The notes under the pieces are model-generated. The model worked only from the letters and a program-made list of their open reading frames with translations. It made no database searches and had not been told where the DNA came from. From Eledone cirrhosa (Eukaryota): DNA of 64,000 nt. Positions 28,110-42,400 of this stretch are shown in pieces. Made by a program: the position numbers and the translations under genes. The stretch spans positions 113,646,001 to 113,710,000 of the forward strand of contig OZ024743.1 in the NCBI GenBank assembly GCA_964016885.1, given 5' to 3'. Within the stretch, counting starts at the first letter, position 1, and the number at the start of each line of letters is the position of its first letter.

Positions 28110-28110
<1 letters not shown>
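27700..28110 (-). mobile_element. RTE LINE 3' UTR fragment (another at 34490-34922 with an internal duplication)
   Basis: Reverse complement of 43755-44128 and near-identical to 46087-46465. Confidence 0.9.
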
Positions 28111-28187
<77 letters not shown>

Positions 28188-28448
28188 ACACATATATATA
28201 TGTATATATATGTGTGTGTGTATATATGTATATATATGTGTGTATATATATATATATGTATGTATATATATGTGTGTGTGTGTGTATATATGTATATATA
28301 TGTATGTATATATATATATGTGTGTGTATATATATGTTTATATATATATATACATATGTGTGTATATATATATGTGTGTGTATATATATGTATATATATA
28401 TATATATGTGTGTATGTGTATGTGTGTGTGTGTGTATATATATATATG

Positions 28449-28483
<35 letters not shown>

Positions 28484-28537
28484 ACACTCTTCAACATTCT
28501 AATAAATATGTGTATACATTTGTGGAGACACCCTGTA

Positions 28538-28594
<57 letters not shown>

Positions 28595-28720
28595 ATAGGA
28601 AAAGAGTCAGGACCCCAACGGCAGAGCTCCGGCCGTTAAGACAGCTAGATCTGAACGCGTTCAGATCTAACTGTTGAAACAGCTGGAGCTCAGCCGCTGG
28701 GGTCCTGACTCTTTTCCTAT
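28595..28720. repeat. 126-bp imperfect palindrome (fold-back)
   Basis: ATAGGAAAAGAGTCAGGACCCCA...AGATCTGAACG|CGTTCAGATCT...TGGGGTCCTGACTCTTTTCCTAT. Confidence 0.9.
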
Positions 28721-29129
28721 TACCTACTCTACTACCCAAAGTATTGAGTACTCTGGTGCGTTATGGTCCACCTGGTTCCTTACCACACTTTCTTCGTTAT
28801 GTATATATATATATATTCATGTATTTGTTGATTCCTGAGTTGTGTCATGGGCAGGGGGGCAATCACAGTTAGAAAGGGTACTCAATACGTTGGTAGAGTA
28901 TAGGTATCTTTGTTATATATAGAAATGATTTCTACAGGACTAGAACTGTTTCATTTGTATGAAATCATTTATGCAAGTTTGGAAAAAAATTGGACGTAAA
29001 GGGGGTAGTAGTTAAGGAGAGGTTCTGGAGGGTACTGGCTGCAGTAGTGGTGAGGATAGATGATGGAAAGTTCTAGTAGGAGGGAGGGGGTTCATTGGAT
29101 GGGTCAGGTCATATTGTATGCTTCTGGCT

Positions 29130-29825
29130 GGGTCTTCATCATGATAGCATAGAGCCAGCCCTCTCGAACCCATGTCATCTCAGTTGTGAGGCTTTGTTAA
29201 GGTCGATCTACACTACATCATCCCATGTCTTCCGAGTCTGCCTTTTCCTCAGGTTCCAGCCACTGGGATTAATCTGCTTATGCAACTGCTATCTTCCATA
29301 TTCATCTCAGTCCATACCAGTGCAGTTTTCTCTCATGCACATTATATCCAATTACTCTTATGCCAAGTTTTTCTCTCAGTTCACTTATGCTACATGATTA
29401 ATGCACACTAATATTGTACATCCATCAGAGCAAACTCACTGCATTTCTTTCCAGTCTTCACAGGTCTTCTGTGGTTAAGGCCCATGTTTCACTGTCATGT
29501 AGTATTATAGTTCACACCCAGGCATCATACAGTATTCCCTTCAATCTGAGCAAGAAGCCCTTTGTTTTCAGCAAAGTTATCAGCTCTTTAAACTTCTTGC
29601 AGATTTTTCTGATCCTGGCTATTTCACTTTCAGTGCATCCTCCCCCACTGCTAATTTGATTGCCTAAGTAACAGAAGCTGTTGACAACTTCTAAGGAACC
29701 TCCCTGGCAACTGGAGGAATCCACTTCATTTGAGTTCTTAGTGCTTACTTCTCCCGTGCATCTGCCATGTACAAACTCTATCTTTTAATTTGCATGCAAT
29801 CCCACTACATCTCTTGTGTGCACAT
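29130..29825 (-). mobile_element. Degenerate RTE LINE 3' fragment
   Basis: SLEVVNSFCYLGNQISSGGGCTESEIARIR; remnant of the PHD insert upstream. Confidence 0.85.
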
Positions 29826-30490
29826 CCAGCTGTAGGCATCAAGCCAGAATCAGTTCCCTGCAAGCAGGGAAAAAGCGGACGTAAAATGAAATGATAATGA
29901 ATGAAATCTTATATATATAGCAAGATAGATATATAAGAAGGGCATCCAGCTGTAGAAACCAAGCTAAAACCAGTTCTGTAGGAGCAAGGCATGGTCAACA
30001 GACCTAGCATTGCCCTCAACAGGACAACTCATCTAACCCATGCTAGCGTGAAAAAGTGAATGTAAAATGGTGGTGCTGATGATGATATATATATATATAT
30101 ATTTGTGTGTCCATCTGTCTGTGTTGGATTTTCATAATTCAGATTCCAAATCATTCAAACAGCTCTGTAGATTGTAAGATTTGTGAACTTCTGGATTTAG
30201 TTGCTAAAGTTATCAAGTATATTTCCTAATTTACACAAAATATGTTGTTAACTGCCATTTGGTGTAAAGGTAATTCAAGAGATACTGAGTTCAATTCCTG
30301 TAGTGGCTGCTGGCTATTTATTTTCAGTCCTTAGGAGTATTTTACCATAGTTTCTAATGCTACGATGATTGTAGTGAATCTGCGTTTGGATTTCAACGTT
30401 ATATATATATATATAATGTTGATTAAATCTTAATTAAATCTTGATTAAATCTTAACCATTTAACATGTCAGGGTATGTCATGTATCATTT

Positions 30491-30556
30491 TATTTTATCT
30501 GATGAAGACGTACTATTGAATTTGATTCAAGTACCTCTGAAATATGTATAATAACA
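30491..30556 (+). ncRNA. Type I hammerhead motif, family HH-B
   Basis: tattttat-CTGATGA-agacgtac...gtacctct-GAAA-tatgta-TA-ataacat. Confidence 0.7.
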
Positions 30557-30664
30557 TTTAATTGATCACAAGAACATCTATTTTATTAATATTTGAATTT
30601 AATATATATATATATATATATATACACAGGGTGTCACAAAAGTATGTATACACACTTCAACAGC

Positions 30665-31322
30665 ATTTTAAAATTGACTGTCCAGCTACAAAGAGCTCAG
30701 GATTTCTTCTCCTTTGAGCACATTATTTACAGGGAATAGCGAGGGCCTATGCCTCAGTTAATTTATCATGATATTTCGCTCCTAATAACAGTCTTTCCTA
30801 TCTCTGTTTGGTTGAGCACACTTCTCTGAGTGGCTTTGGGCTGCCCTTTCTAGCAGTTAATCCCTCAGAGGCCACTGGTTCACTGCCCTTAAACACGCTG
30901 TGACTTCTCTCTCCCACATGTAGCTGGACAGTCAATTTTAAAATTCTCTTAGTGTTGTCTGAAATGTATAGCCTTACACATGCTGATGAACCAAGGTTAA
31001 CCCATTTCTTTCAACAAATTATTGGTGAAACATATCTTTGGATTAGTGGCTTTGGATTTGTACGGGTGTTATATAGTTATAGAGGTATTTATTTACGCTT
31101 TAATTTATATTTTTGATTATCATGTCTATAGTCTGCCTTTCATAGGTTATAGATTCCATACACTGGTGGTTTTTTTTCCCTGTTTTATTGATAGCGCACT
31201 GTATATCTCTGGTGCGTTACCTTTTCAACATATTGTATTTTAAAGAGCTCAGGATTTCTTCTCCTTTGAGCACATTATTTACAGGGAATAGCGAGGGCCT
31301 ATGCCTCCGTTAATTTATCGTG
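30665..31322 (+). mobile_element. Non-coding hammerhead-like element HH-D: 26-bp 5' inverted piece, then a 552-bp monomer with an 81-bp direct repeat
   Basis: 30690-30770 is repeated at 31242-31322, and 30665-30690 is the reverse complement of 30919-30944. Degenerate core CTGATGA-accaa...ttggt-GAAA-cata-TC at 30983-31036 with poor stem I. Confidence 0.65.
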
Positions 31323-31380
31323 TATATATATATGTATATATATATATGTATATGTGTATATATATATAAATATATGTATG

Positions 31381-31415
<35 letters not shown>

Positions 31416-31633
31416 ATATATATGTATATATATATATATATGTATATATATATGTATATATATATATATATGTATATATATATGTACATATATATATATG
31501 TATATATATATATATATGTATATATATATGTATATATATATATGTATATATATATGTACATATATATATATGTATATATATATATATATGTATATATATA
31601 TGTATATATATATATGTATATATATATGTATAT

Positions 31634-31978
31634 ATCATCATCATCATCATTTCATTTTACGTCAGCTTTTCCCTGCTTGCAAGGGTGGGACGGGAACTGA
31701 TTCTGGCTTGATTTCTACAGCTGGATGCCCTTCCTAACACCAACCTCATTTACAGTGAGTGCTGGGTGCTTTTTTGCCGTGGCACCTACACGACCACTTT
31801 GCAGTGGAATGATAAGGACCTCAGTCCCTATCATCTCATTTCTACAGCTGAGTAAACTGGAGCAATGTGAAATAAAGTGTCTTGCTCAAGGAAACAACAC
31901 ACCACCCGGTCTGAGAATTGAACTCACAACCTTTCGATTGCAAGGCCAATGCTCTAACCACTAAGTCATGTGCCTCCA
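31634..31978 (-). mobile_element. SINE-B, full length, within (TA)n
   Basis: Reverse complement of the 16982 copy. Confidence 0.9.
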
Positions 31979-32003
31979 TATATATATATGTATATATATA
32001 TAT

Positions 32004-32286
32004 ATGTAAGTATGTATGTATACGTACATACATATATGTATACGGACGTACAGTAGCAACTATCTGGCAGATGGGTAAACGGTGCTGATGATAGCTAACA
32101 AGCTTGAAACTAGTACATCGTTCCTGTGTCAGTGTTGAACAAAAAGGTGACGTGGTTGCCTTAACACCGTATGGCATAAATTCAGGCTGTTCGATTTGTT
32201 GACAAACAAACGAACAAAGCAGGCGTTAACGTCGGCTAAACTGATGCGTGCATATATGTATGTGTACCTGTATGCATATGTGTATA

Positions 32287-32324
<38 letters not shown>

Positions 32325-32433
32325 TGCTACTGTACGTCCGTATACATATATGTATGTACGTATACATACATACTTACATTTAAGTAAGTGCCATACTAAG
32401 AGTGAGAAATGAAATTTCGTTTTCATTTTTTTT
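32004..32433 (+). mobile_element. HH-A element, 5'-truncated, with a 55-bp 5' inverted piece
   Basis: Homologous to 17875-18190; 32004-32058 is the reverse complement of 32325-32379. Confidence 0.8.
32080..32120 (+). ncRNA. Minimal type I hammerhead ribozyme (HH-A)
   Basis: cggtg-CTGATGA-t agct aaca agct t-GAAA-ctag-TA-catcg; 5-bp stem I, GUA cleavage triplet, first stem II pair mismatched. Confidence 0.8.
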
Positions 32434-32464
32434 CAACTTATATATATATGTATATATATATATG

Positions 32465-32549
<85 letters not shown>

Positions 32550-32786
32550 GTATAAAGGTTTACATATATATATATATAAAGTCATAAATATATATGTGTT
32601 TTGCAACGGGTCACTTTGTGGCTCAATGAAGAATTAATAAATTAAATAATCAGAGCTATATATCATAAAACATGTCAGAGATTTCTTCATAGGAGCCTTT
32701 ATTCTTATAGCTTGGTCTAATTGATTTTTTATATGGTTAATTATGCTAATTGGGAGAGGAAATGGTATATATTTTATATATATATG

Positions 32787-32817
<31 letters not shown>

Positions 32818-32908
32818 GTATATACATATATGTATATGTATATACATATATGTATATATATATATATATGTATATACATATATGTATATATATATATGTA
32901 TATATATG

Positions 32909-32942
<34 letters not shown>

Positions 32943-33098
32943 CATATATATGTATATATATATATATACATATATGTATATATATATATATATGTATATA
33001 TATACATATATGTATATACATATATGTATATATATATATATATGTATATATATATGTATATATATATATATGTATATATATATGTATATACATATATG

Positions 33099-33131
<33 letters not shown>

Positions 33132-33172
33132 GTATATACATATATGTATATATATATATGTATATATATATG

Positions 33173-33203
<31 letters not shown>

Positions 33204-33234
33204 GTATATATATATATGTATATATATGTATATA

Positions 33235-33289
<55 letters not shown>

Positions 33290-33290
33290 G

Positions 33291-33322
<32 letters not shown>

Positions 33323-33354
33323 TATATACATATGTATGTATATATATATATATA

Positions 33355-34169
33355 TTGGTAAACGGAATAGAAAATGCTGACAAATTGTTCACAGTTGAAA
33401 AATGGTTTAATTAGGAATAAAAGAGTATTAGTGATTGTATGGGTTAGTATTCAGTTGTGGTTTTAAGTTTTTAAGTTTTTACCGGTTGCGCATTTCTAAA
33501 TGCTTTTCAAAAATAATTTTGAGATAGAGTGTCCGTGCTGTTTGCTCTGATCTGATTAGTTTTGGGAATGCTACCTGTTTTTATGTTAAAAAAGTGGCTC
33601 CAATTTGCAAAAATTCTTGTGGTCAAAACAATTTTGATTGGTTGGTAGAGGTCATGTGAATGTAAAAAATTGATTTTGCGCCAAGACTGTTTTTATGTTA
33701 AAAAAGTGGCTCCAGCAAAAATTCTTGTGGTCAAAACAATTTTGATTGGTTGATATTCACATGACCTCTACCGACCAATCAAAATTGTTTTGACCACAAG
33801 AATTTTTGCTGGAGCCACTTTTTTAACATAAAAACAGTCTTGGCGCAAAATCAATTTTTTACATTCACATGACCTCTACCGACCAATCAAAATTGTTTTA
33901 ACAACAAGAATTTTTGCAAATTGGAGCCACTTTTTTAACATAAAAACAGGTAGCATTCCCAAAACTAATCAGATCAGAGCAAACAGCACGGACACTCTAT
34001 CTCAAAATTATTTTTGAAAAGCATTTAGAAATGCGCAACCGGTAAAAACTTAAAAACTTAAAACCACAACTGAATACTAACCCATACAATCACTAATACT
34101 CTTTTATTCCTAATTAAACCATTTTTCAACTGTGAACAATTTGTCAGCATTTTCTATTCCGTTTACCAA
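33355..34169. repeat. Near-perfect inverted repeat, two 398-bp arms with a 19-bp spacer
   Basis: 33355-33752 is the reverse complement of 33772-34169 with about 4 mismatches by eye; each arm has an internal repeat of about 110 bp. Confidence 0.95.
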
Positions 34170-34204
34170 TATATAATAACTTGTGTGTTACACCTCTATT
34201 CTTT

Positions 34205-34297
<93 letters not shown>

Positions 34298-34308
34298 GTA
34301 TATATATG

Positions 34309-34339
<31 letters not shown>

Positions 34340-34456
34340 GTATATATATATGTATATATATATATGTATATATATGTATATATATATGTATACATATATG
34401 TATATATATATGTATATATATATGTATACATATATGTATATATATATATGTATATA

Positions 34457-34493
<37 letters not shown>

Positions 34494-34926
34494 TCATCAT
34501 CATCATCATCATCGTTTAACGTCCCTGTTCCACGCTTGCATGGGTTTGGACGGGAGTTTTCCCACTTGAAGCAAGAGTGGTCGTCTTGCTCGCATAGGAC
34601 TGTCTGGCGGGTTTTCTACAGCTGGGTGCCCTTCCTAACACCACCCACATTTACAGTGTGGGGCTGGGAGGTTTTTACCGTGTTGCCTACGCGACCACAT
34701 TACAGCGTGGACTGTCTGGCGTGTTTTCTACAGCTGGATGCCCTTCCTAATACCAACCACATTTACAGTGTGGGACTGGGAGGTTTTTACCGTGTTGCCT
34801 AAACGGCCACATTACAGCGTGGACTGTGTGTTTTTTCTCGTGACACCTACACGATCTCGTTTGTTTCGGCCTGGATGTTGTGGCACCAACATAACTTTGC
34901 ATTGAAGGGGGCGGTGTGGATGTATG

Positions 34927-35021
<95 letters not shown>

Positions 35022-35022
35022 G

Positions 35023-35054
<32 letters not shown>

Positions 35055-35058
35055 TATG

Positions 35059-35094
<36 letters not shown>

Positions 35095-35207
35095 TCAAGG
35101 TAAGCAGAACAAGTAAAATTCAACCAATTTTTCAAAATAAATCAAAATTAATATACAATTAAAATTAATCAAAATTAAAAAATATAATATAAATATTTAC
35201 CTATTCA

Positions 35208-36500
<1,293 letters not shown>

Positions 36501-36561
36501 ATCATCATCATCATCATCATCATTTTACGTCCGCTTTTCCCTGCTTGCAAGGGTATGTATG

Positions 36562-36624
<63 letters not shown>

Positions 36625-36626
<2 letters not shown>

Positions 36627-36945
36627 GGCTTAGTAGTTAGAGCATTGGCCTTGCAATCGAAAGGTTGTGAGTTCAATTCTCAGACCGGGTGATGTGTTGT
36701 TTCTTTGAGCAAGACACTTTATTTCACATTGCTCCAGTTTACTCAGCTGTAGAAATGAGATGATAGGGACTGGGGTCCATATCATTCCACTGCAAAGTGG
36801 TCGTGGAGGTGCCACGGCAAAAAAGCACCCAGCACTCGCTGTAAACGAGATTGGTGTTAGGAAGGGCATCCAGCTGTAGAAATCAAGCCAGCATCAGTTC
36901 CCGTCCCACCCTTGCAAGCAGGGAAAAAGCGGACGTAAAATGAAA
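36625..36945 (+). mobile_element. SINE-B (an antisense tail fragment lies at 36502-36553)
   Basis: Matches the 16982 copy. Confidence 0.9.
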
Positions 36946-36962
36946 CGAAAATGAAACGATAT

Positions 36963-36996
<34 letters not shown>

Positions 36997-37071
36997 GCAT
37001 GTATATATATATATATAAAAATTATAAAAAATAAAACAAAGAAGCCTTCAATACATCAAAAGTCTTTATTA

Positions 37072-37109
37072 GCCAACAATGTTTCGTCCTATTAAGGACT
37101 CATCAGGGC
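37072..37109 (-). ncRNA. Minimal type I hammerhead ribozyme at the Penelope-like element 3' end
   Basis: gcc-CTGATGA-gtcct taat aggac-GAAA-cattg-TT-ggc; intact core, 5-bp stem II, GUU triplet. Confidence 0.85.
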
Positions 37110-38590
37110 AAGTAAAGCTACAAGAAGCACTATCGGCCAATACAAGCCAAACACTCAGAAGAATATGGAGTATACATCTATTAAAACTTAGGAAAGATAT
37201 CAAGGAAAAGTTGTCTAAGATTAAGAGTGAGCAGTTACAAACATAGATATGGACCAAATAGCAAGGAAGTGATTAACATGTTGAACCCACACTACAAATA
37301 TTGTATAATGCAAAAACTTGACAAATGGTAATATAATGCGAGTATAATATAATATAATAGATGGTGATAATAAAAAGCTTAATATTTGTATATATACATA
37401 TATCTCTATACATAAACACATTAGTACAAATACAAACTAACACTTATTAAGTATTTAAATATATATATATATATTGTTTACAGTATAATATAATAAAGTT
37501 AAAAATAAGAATAAAGATAAAAATAAAAATAAAATATAATATATAATTCCCTGTCAGTGTGCATTAACAATATAGAAACATTATAATAACATTATAATAA
37601 CAATATTATAATATATTGGCATCAAAAGATATACAAAATTACATCATACATATAATTTAAGGTTAACAAATAGTATAAAGTTTTACACAGGGTAAGAAAA
37701 AATCATATAGAACTAAATTGTGTTGAAAAAATTGTGTTGAAAAAATATCTATACCATTGTAACAAATACACGGAGGTCAAGTCATTTTACATTGGCATAA
37801 ATATTACCAAAATATCACAAAATATTACAAAATATATTTACGTGGTTGGCATACAGACATATATTAATGAAATTACATGGTCAGACAAACAGCGTGTGGT
37901 AGTAAAAAAATAAATTAAATAAACGGAAGATCGAAAAACAAAAACAAGTATATTTACTTAGGTGTCACAAGCGGTTAAGTAAAAGAAAAAAGATAGAAAT
38001 GTAGACCAGAGAGTTGACTAGAAAAACCTTTTTAAATTAATTAATATTAAAAGTATTTAAAATACATATTTAGTCACTTTAAAATTGGCTAGTGTTTAAG
38101 TCATCAAAACCGTATAAGTTTAAGATATCTCAATAAAATTATCAAGAATAGAGTAAAATATGCTTCGTTCAGTCGAATAACCTTATCAAATAAAAGGACT
38201 CTAAATAGAACTATGGTAGACCAATGGGAACAGAAAGAAGAGAGGTTAAGGAGGATAGGAAGGAGCATAAAATTAAAATCAATATATTATATAATATCAT
38301 AAAAGGAGCATAAAGGGGAAATTTATATATAGTGTAATAGAAGGGGCGGATATTAAGTGTGTAGAGGAGGAGGTACATTAGTTGAATGAGACTCCAACCA
38401 AAGTATTTAATAAGATATAAACCCATAAGGTGTTAGTAGTGAAACTATAATAATGCTTAAGACGATAGATAGGGTATGGTAGCCAAAAGACTATGGAAAC
38501 TAAAATCGAAAAGTTGTAAAAAAACTAATAATAATAAAGATGATGGTAATCAAAATGAACCTAAACAAAAAAGATAAGGAAATATAGCAG

Positions 38591-39484
38591 CTAATGGATA
38601 CGATTTAAACTACCAGAACTTTTAGGTCTATAATAGAAGAAAGAATTAGAAATGGCATGGGGGCAGGAAGAAAATATCTCAGACTTTCTATTAGGCAAAA
38701 CTTCCCTAGAGAAAATTATAGAGTGGGTCTCTAGGATACAGAGATTACAGAATTTAGTGTGTGTTGATAGGTTATTAGAGCGTGCTACTATACGCCAATT
38801 AAGGCTATATGGCATGCCTGCCCCTTTAAGATCCCAGATATGGTGTGCTAAAGAAGTAGAGTTCTTAAACTTAACATGCTTAAAATTAGAGATATGAGAA
38901 TTAAACCTAGTTTTAAAAGTATTTGATGTGGATCCTATATATGTGCTATTAGAAGAATCAGTCTTAACTTCACAAGCATAAACAATGTTCCTAGAGAGGC
39001 AGTGACAATTTAAAGGGCAGTTAATACTTACTCTACAGTTACACTTCCTGGTGCTATTTACCGGCTGAATAAGTGATGCATCACTTCTAGGGTTATTATA
39101 AGATAAGGTCTGCTCAGGTGGTAAGGCATTAATGGATCTATCAAGACTAGTAGTACGCAAAGAGGAGTAGCTGTCCCTAATTTTCTTATTGTTAGTGCTA
39201 GCTAAATGAGAACTAATATTAGGGGTGGTAGAGAATGATAGTTTAATTACATTTTTATTAAAAATACCATGGTATTTATTAGTAGGAGGGAAATTTTTCT
39301 CTAAGATAGAAAAGAAAGACCTAGGGATGTTAGTTAATACTTCATGATTATAAGGTGGGTTAAAATATGTATTGAGTCTCCTCCAATTTCTATCCTTACG
39401 AACTCTACCGTTATCCAGTATCCCACTAATAGGATCAGGGTTACTACGAGGACTAGTGGAAACAACATTATTAGAAGCAGCCAA
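38591..39484 (-). CDS. Penelope-like element C-terminal region: Zn-binding linker and GIY-YIG endonuclease (RT missing; ORF start is not a true initiator)
   Basis: YFNPPYN..V.TNI...FP.....IFNKNVIKLSFS; CNCR....CPL...CL...IVY..EV...YIGSTSNTFKTRFNSH...SLAHHIWDLK...CNLC..E; uninterrupted 297 aa. Confidence 0.88.
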   Translation of the reverse strand: MAASNNVVSTSPRSNPDPISGILDNGRVRKDRNWRRLNTYFNPPYNHEVLTNIPRSFFSILEKNFPPTNKYHGIFNKNVIKLSFSTTPNISSHLASTNNKKIRDSYSSLRTTSLDRSINALPPEQTLSYNNPRSDASLIQPVNSTRKCNCRVSINCPLNCHCLSRNIVYACEVKTDSSNSTYIGSTSNTFKTRFNSHISNFKHVKFKNSTSLAHHIWDLKGAGMPYSLNWRIVARSNNLSTHTKFCNLCILETHSIIFSREVLPNRKSEIFSSCPHAISNSFFYYRPKSSGSLNRIH

Positions 39485-39865
39485 AACCCTATTGAGTCTC
39501 CTTCTGTTTCTACATTTAGTATATCTACTGTTATCTGGAATCGTATCAATAGGACCAGGGTTACTACCAGGATCAGTTGAAACAACACTATTAGAATTAG
39601 TAAAAACATTCCCACTGGGTGAGCGATCAGAGTGCCTAACTTGTTCCCTAGAACTAATCCTGAAAAGTGTACCATTAGACTCACTATTACGATTACGGTA
39701 GCTTAACCTATGGATGGATTCGGATACACCTATGGGATTTCTACGATTCTTATGCTTTCTACTCCCTTCTTCGGCTCTGTTTAATTACATTGACCTATAT
39801 CCTATACTGTCATTTCTATAATATGAAGAGGGTGTTTAACTCCAACACACTCTAGTATTTTAATT

Positions 39866-39925
<60 letters not shown>

Positions 39926-39990
39926 ATATATATACATATATATTATATTATGTATATATATCTGTGTATACATATTTTGATATTGGTATG

Positions 39991-40022
<32 letters not shown>

Positions 40023-40255
40023 CACACACACATACTGCTACTATTACCACTACCAACAGTAGTAGTAGTATTGGAAGGCAAAATAAAATATATTGATTTA
40101 AGGTGATTGCAATACTATGATGATAATATTAGTAACTTCATATAGTCAATAAACAGTACAACAACAGCAAGAACACTAATAAAAACAACCAATTTCAGTC
40201 ATATATATATATATATATATACACATATATATAAATATATATATGCATATATATA

Positions 40256-40304
<49 letters not shown>

Positions 40305-40720
40305 ACATATATATATATATGCATATATATATGTATATATATATATATGTCTGTATATATACATGTATATATATGCATATATATGTAGATATATAAAAGA
40401 AATGCATATATATGTATATATATATATAAAAGAAATGAATACATATATGTGTACATATATATACATATTTATATACATATATAGATATATATATATATAC
40501 ATATATATATACATATATATATATACATATATACATATATATATACATATATACATATATATATACATATATACATATATATATACATATATACATATAT
40601 ATGTATATATATGCATATATATGCATATATACATGCATATATATGCATATACATATATATATATGCATATACATATGCATATATATACATATATATGCAT
40701 ATATATATGCATATATATGC

Positions 40721-40842
<122 letters not shown>

Positions 40843-41112
40843 TATTATTATTATCAAACATTCTCAGCAAATAATTTTCTGTTGAATACATTTTTAGTTT
40901 CAATGTTGTCAAGGCAACCTGATATATTTTTGGAGTTTTTTTTTTCTATTTGTTTGCTTATGCTAATCTATAGAATTAAGAATAGAAAATCAATGACAAT
41001 CTTTATATATGTGTGTGTGTGTATAAACATGTGTTTGTAAGCATTTATACGTGTACGTATAAAGGTATATATACATATATTTACATTGGAATGTATGTGT
41101 TATTTCCATATG

Positions 41113-41173
<61 letters not shown>

Positions 41174-41228
41174 TTAATATAGATGAGATTCTACAGGACT
41201 AGAACTGTTTCATTCAACCCGGAATAAC

Positions 41229-41344
<116 letters not shown>

Positions 41345-41518
41345 GTAATGTATATATGTATATATATATGTATATGTATATATATATATGTATATATGTA
41401 TAAATGTATATGTATATATGTTATATGTATATATGTATATGTATATGTATATATGTATATGTATATGTGTATATGTATATAATGTATATGTATATATGTA
41501 TATGTATATATATATATG

Positions 41519-41591
<73 letters not shown>

Positions 41592-41608
41592 GTATATATA
41601 TATATATG

Positions 41609-41639
<31 letters not shown>

Positions 41640-41646
41640 GTATATA

Positions 41647-41719
<73 letters not shown>

Positions 41720-41752
41720 GTATATATATGTATATATATATATATGTATATA

Positions 41753-41817
<65 letters not shown>

Positions 41818-42286
41818 GGGAGAGATGACCCCTTAGCCTTTGTCAAGGCAGAATTCTAGGAGAAGGAAAACTCTGATATTACACCCGCAACCCTGATGGT
41901 ATCCAATGATGTTGACTTGTTCTTCTTTTTGGTAAATATTATCTTGGTTAAGAGAGTGGGACTGGCTTTGTGCAGTGCCTTTGCTCACTATAAAAGCTTC
42001 ACGGCACAGGCATTGCTTTATATCTGGAGATCTCTGATCTCTCTGCACTTGTCGTCACATGGTACCATGGGCCCAGCACTATGGTACAAACACGACACCT
42101 GTGACAATTATTGACACAGAGTTTTCAAGTCGCTGGCTGGACTAAAAAGTCAAACTCGTTCAGTGCATTGGTAGGGGTTCTCCTACATGGATATAAAGTA
42201 GTGGCCGTACTCGAAAACGAGTTGGCAGCCACCATATATATATGTATGTATATATGTATATATATATATGTATGTATATATATATG

Positions 42287-42355
<69 letters not shown>

Positions 42356-42400
42356 GTATATATATATATGTATATATATATATACATATGTATATATATA

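Larger units (their letters stand above)
37017..39865 (-). mobile_element. 5'-truncated Penelope-like retroelement (linker, GIY-YIG, 1.5-kb 3' UTR, hammerhead), flanked by (TA)n
   Basis: GIY-YIG ORF plus a same-strand hammerhead near the 3' end; both boundaries abut (TA)n-rich sequence. Confidence 0.8.
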
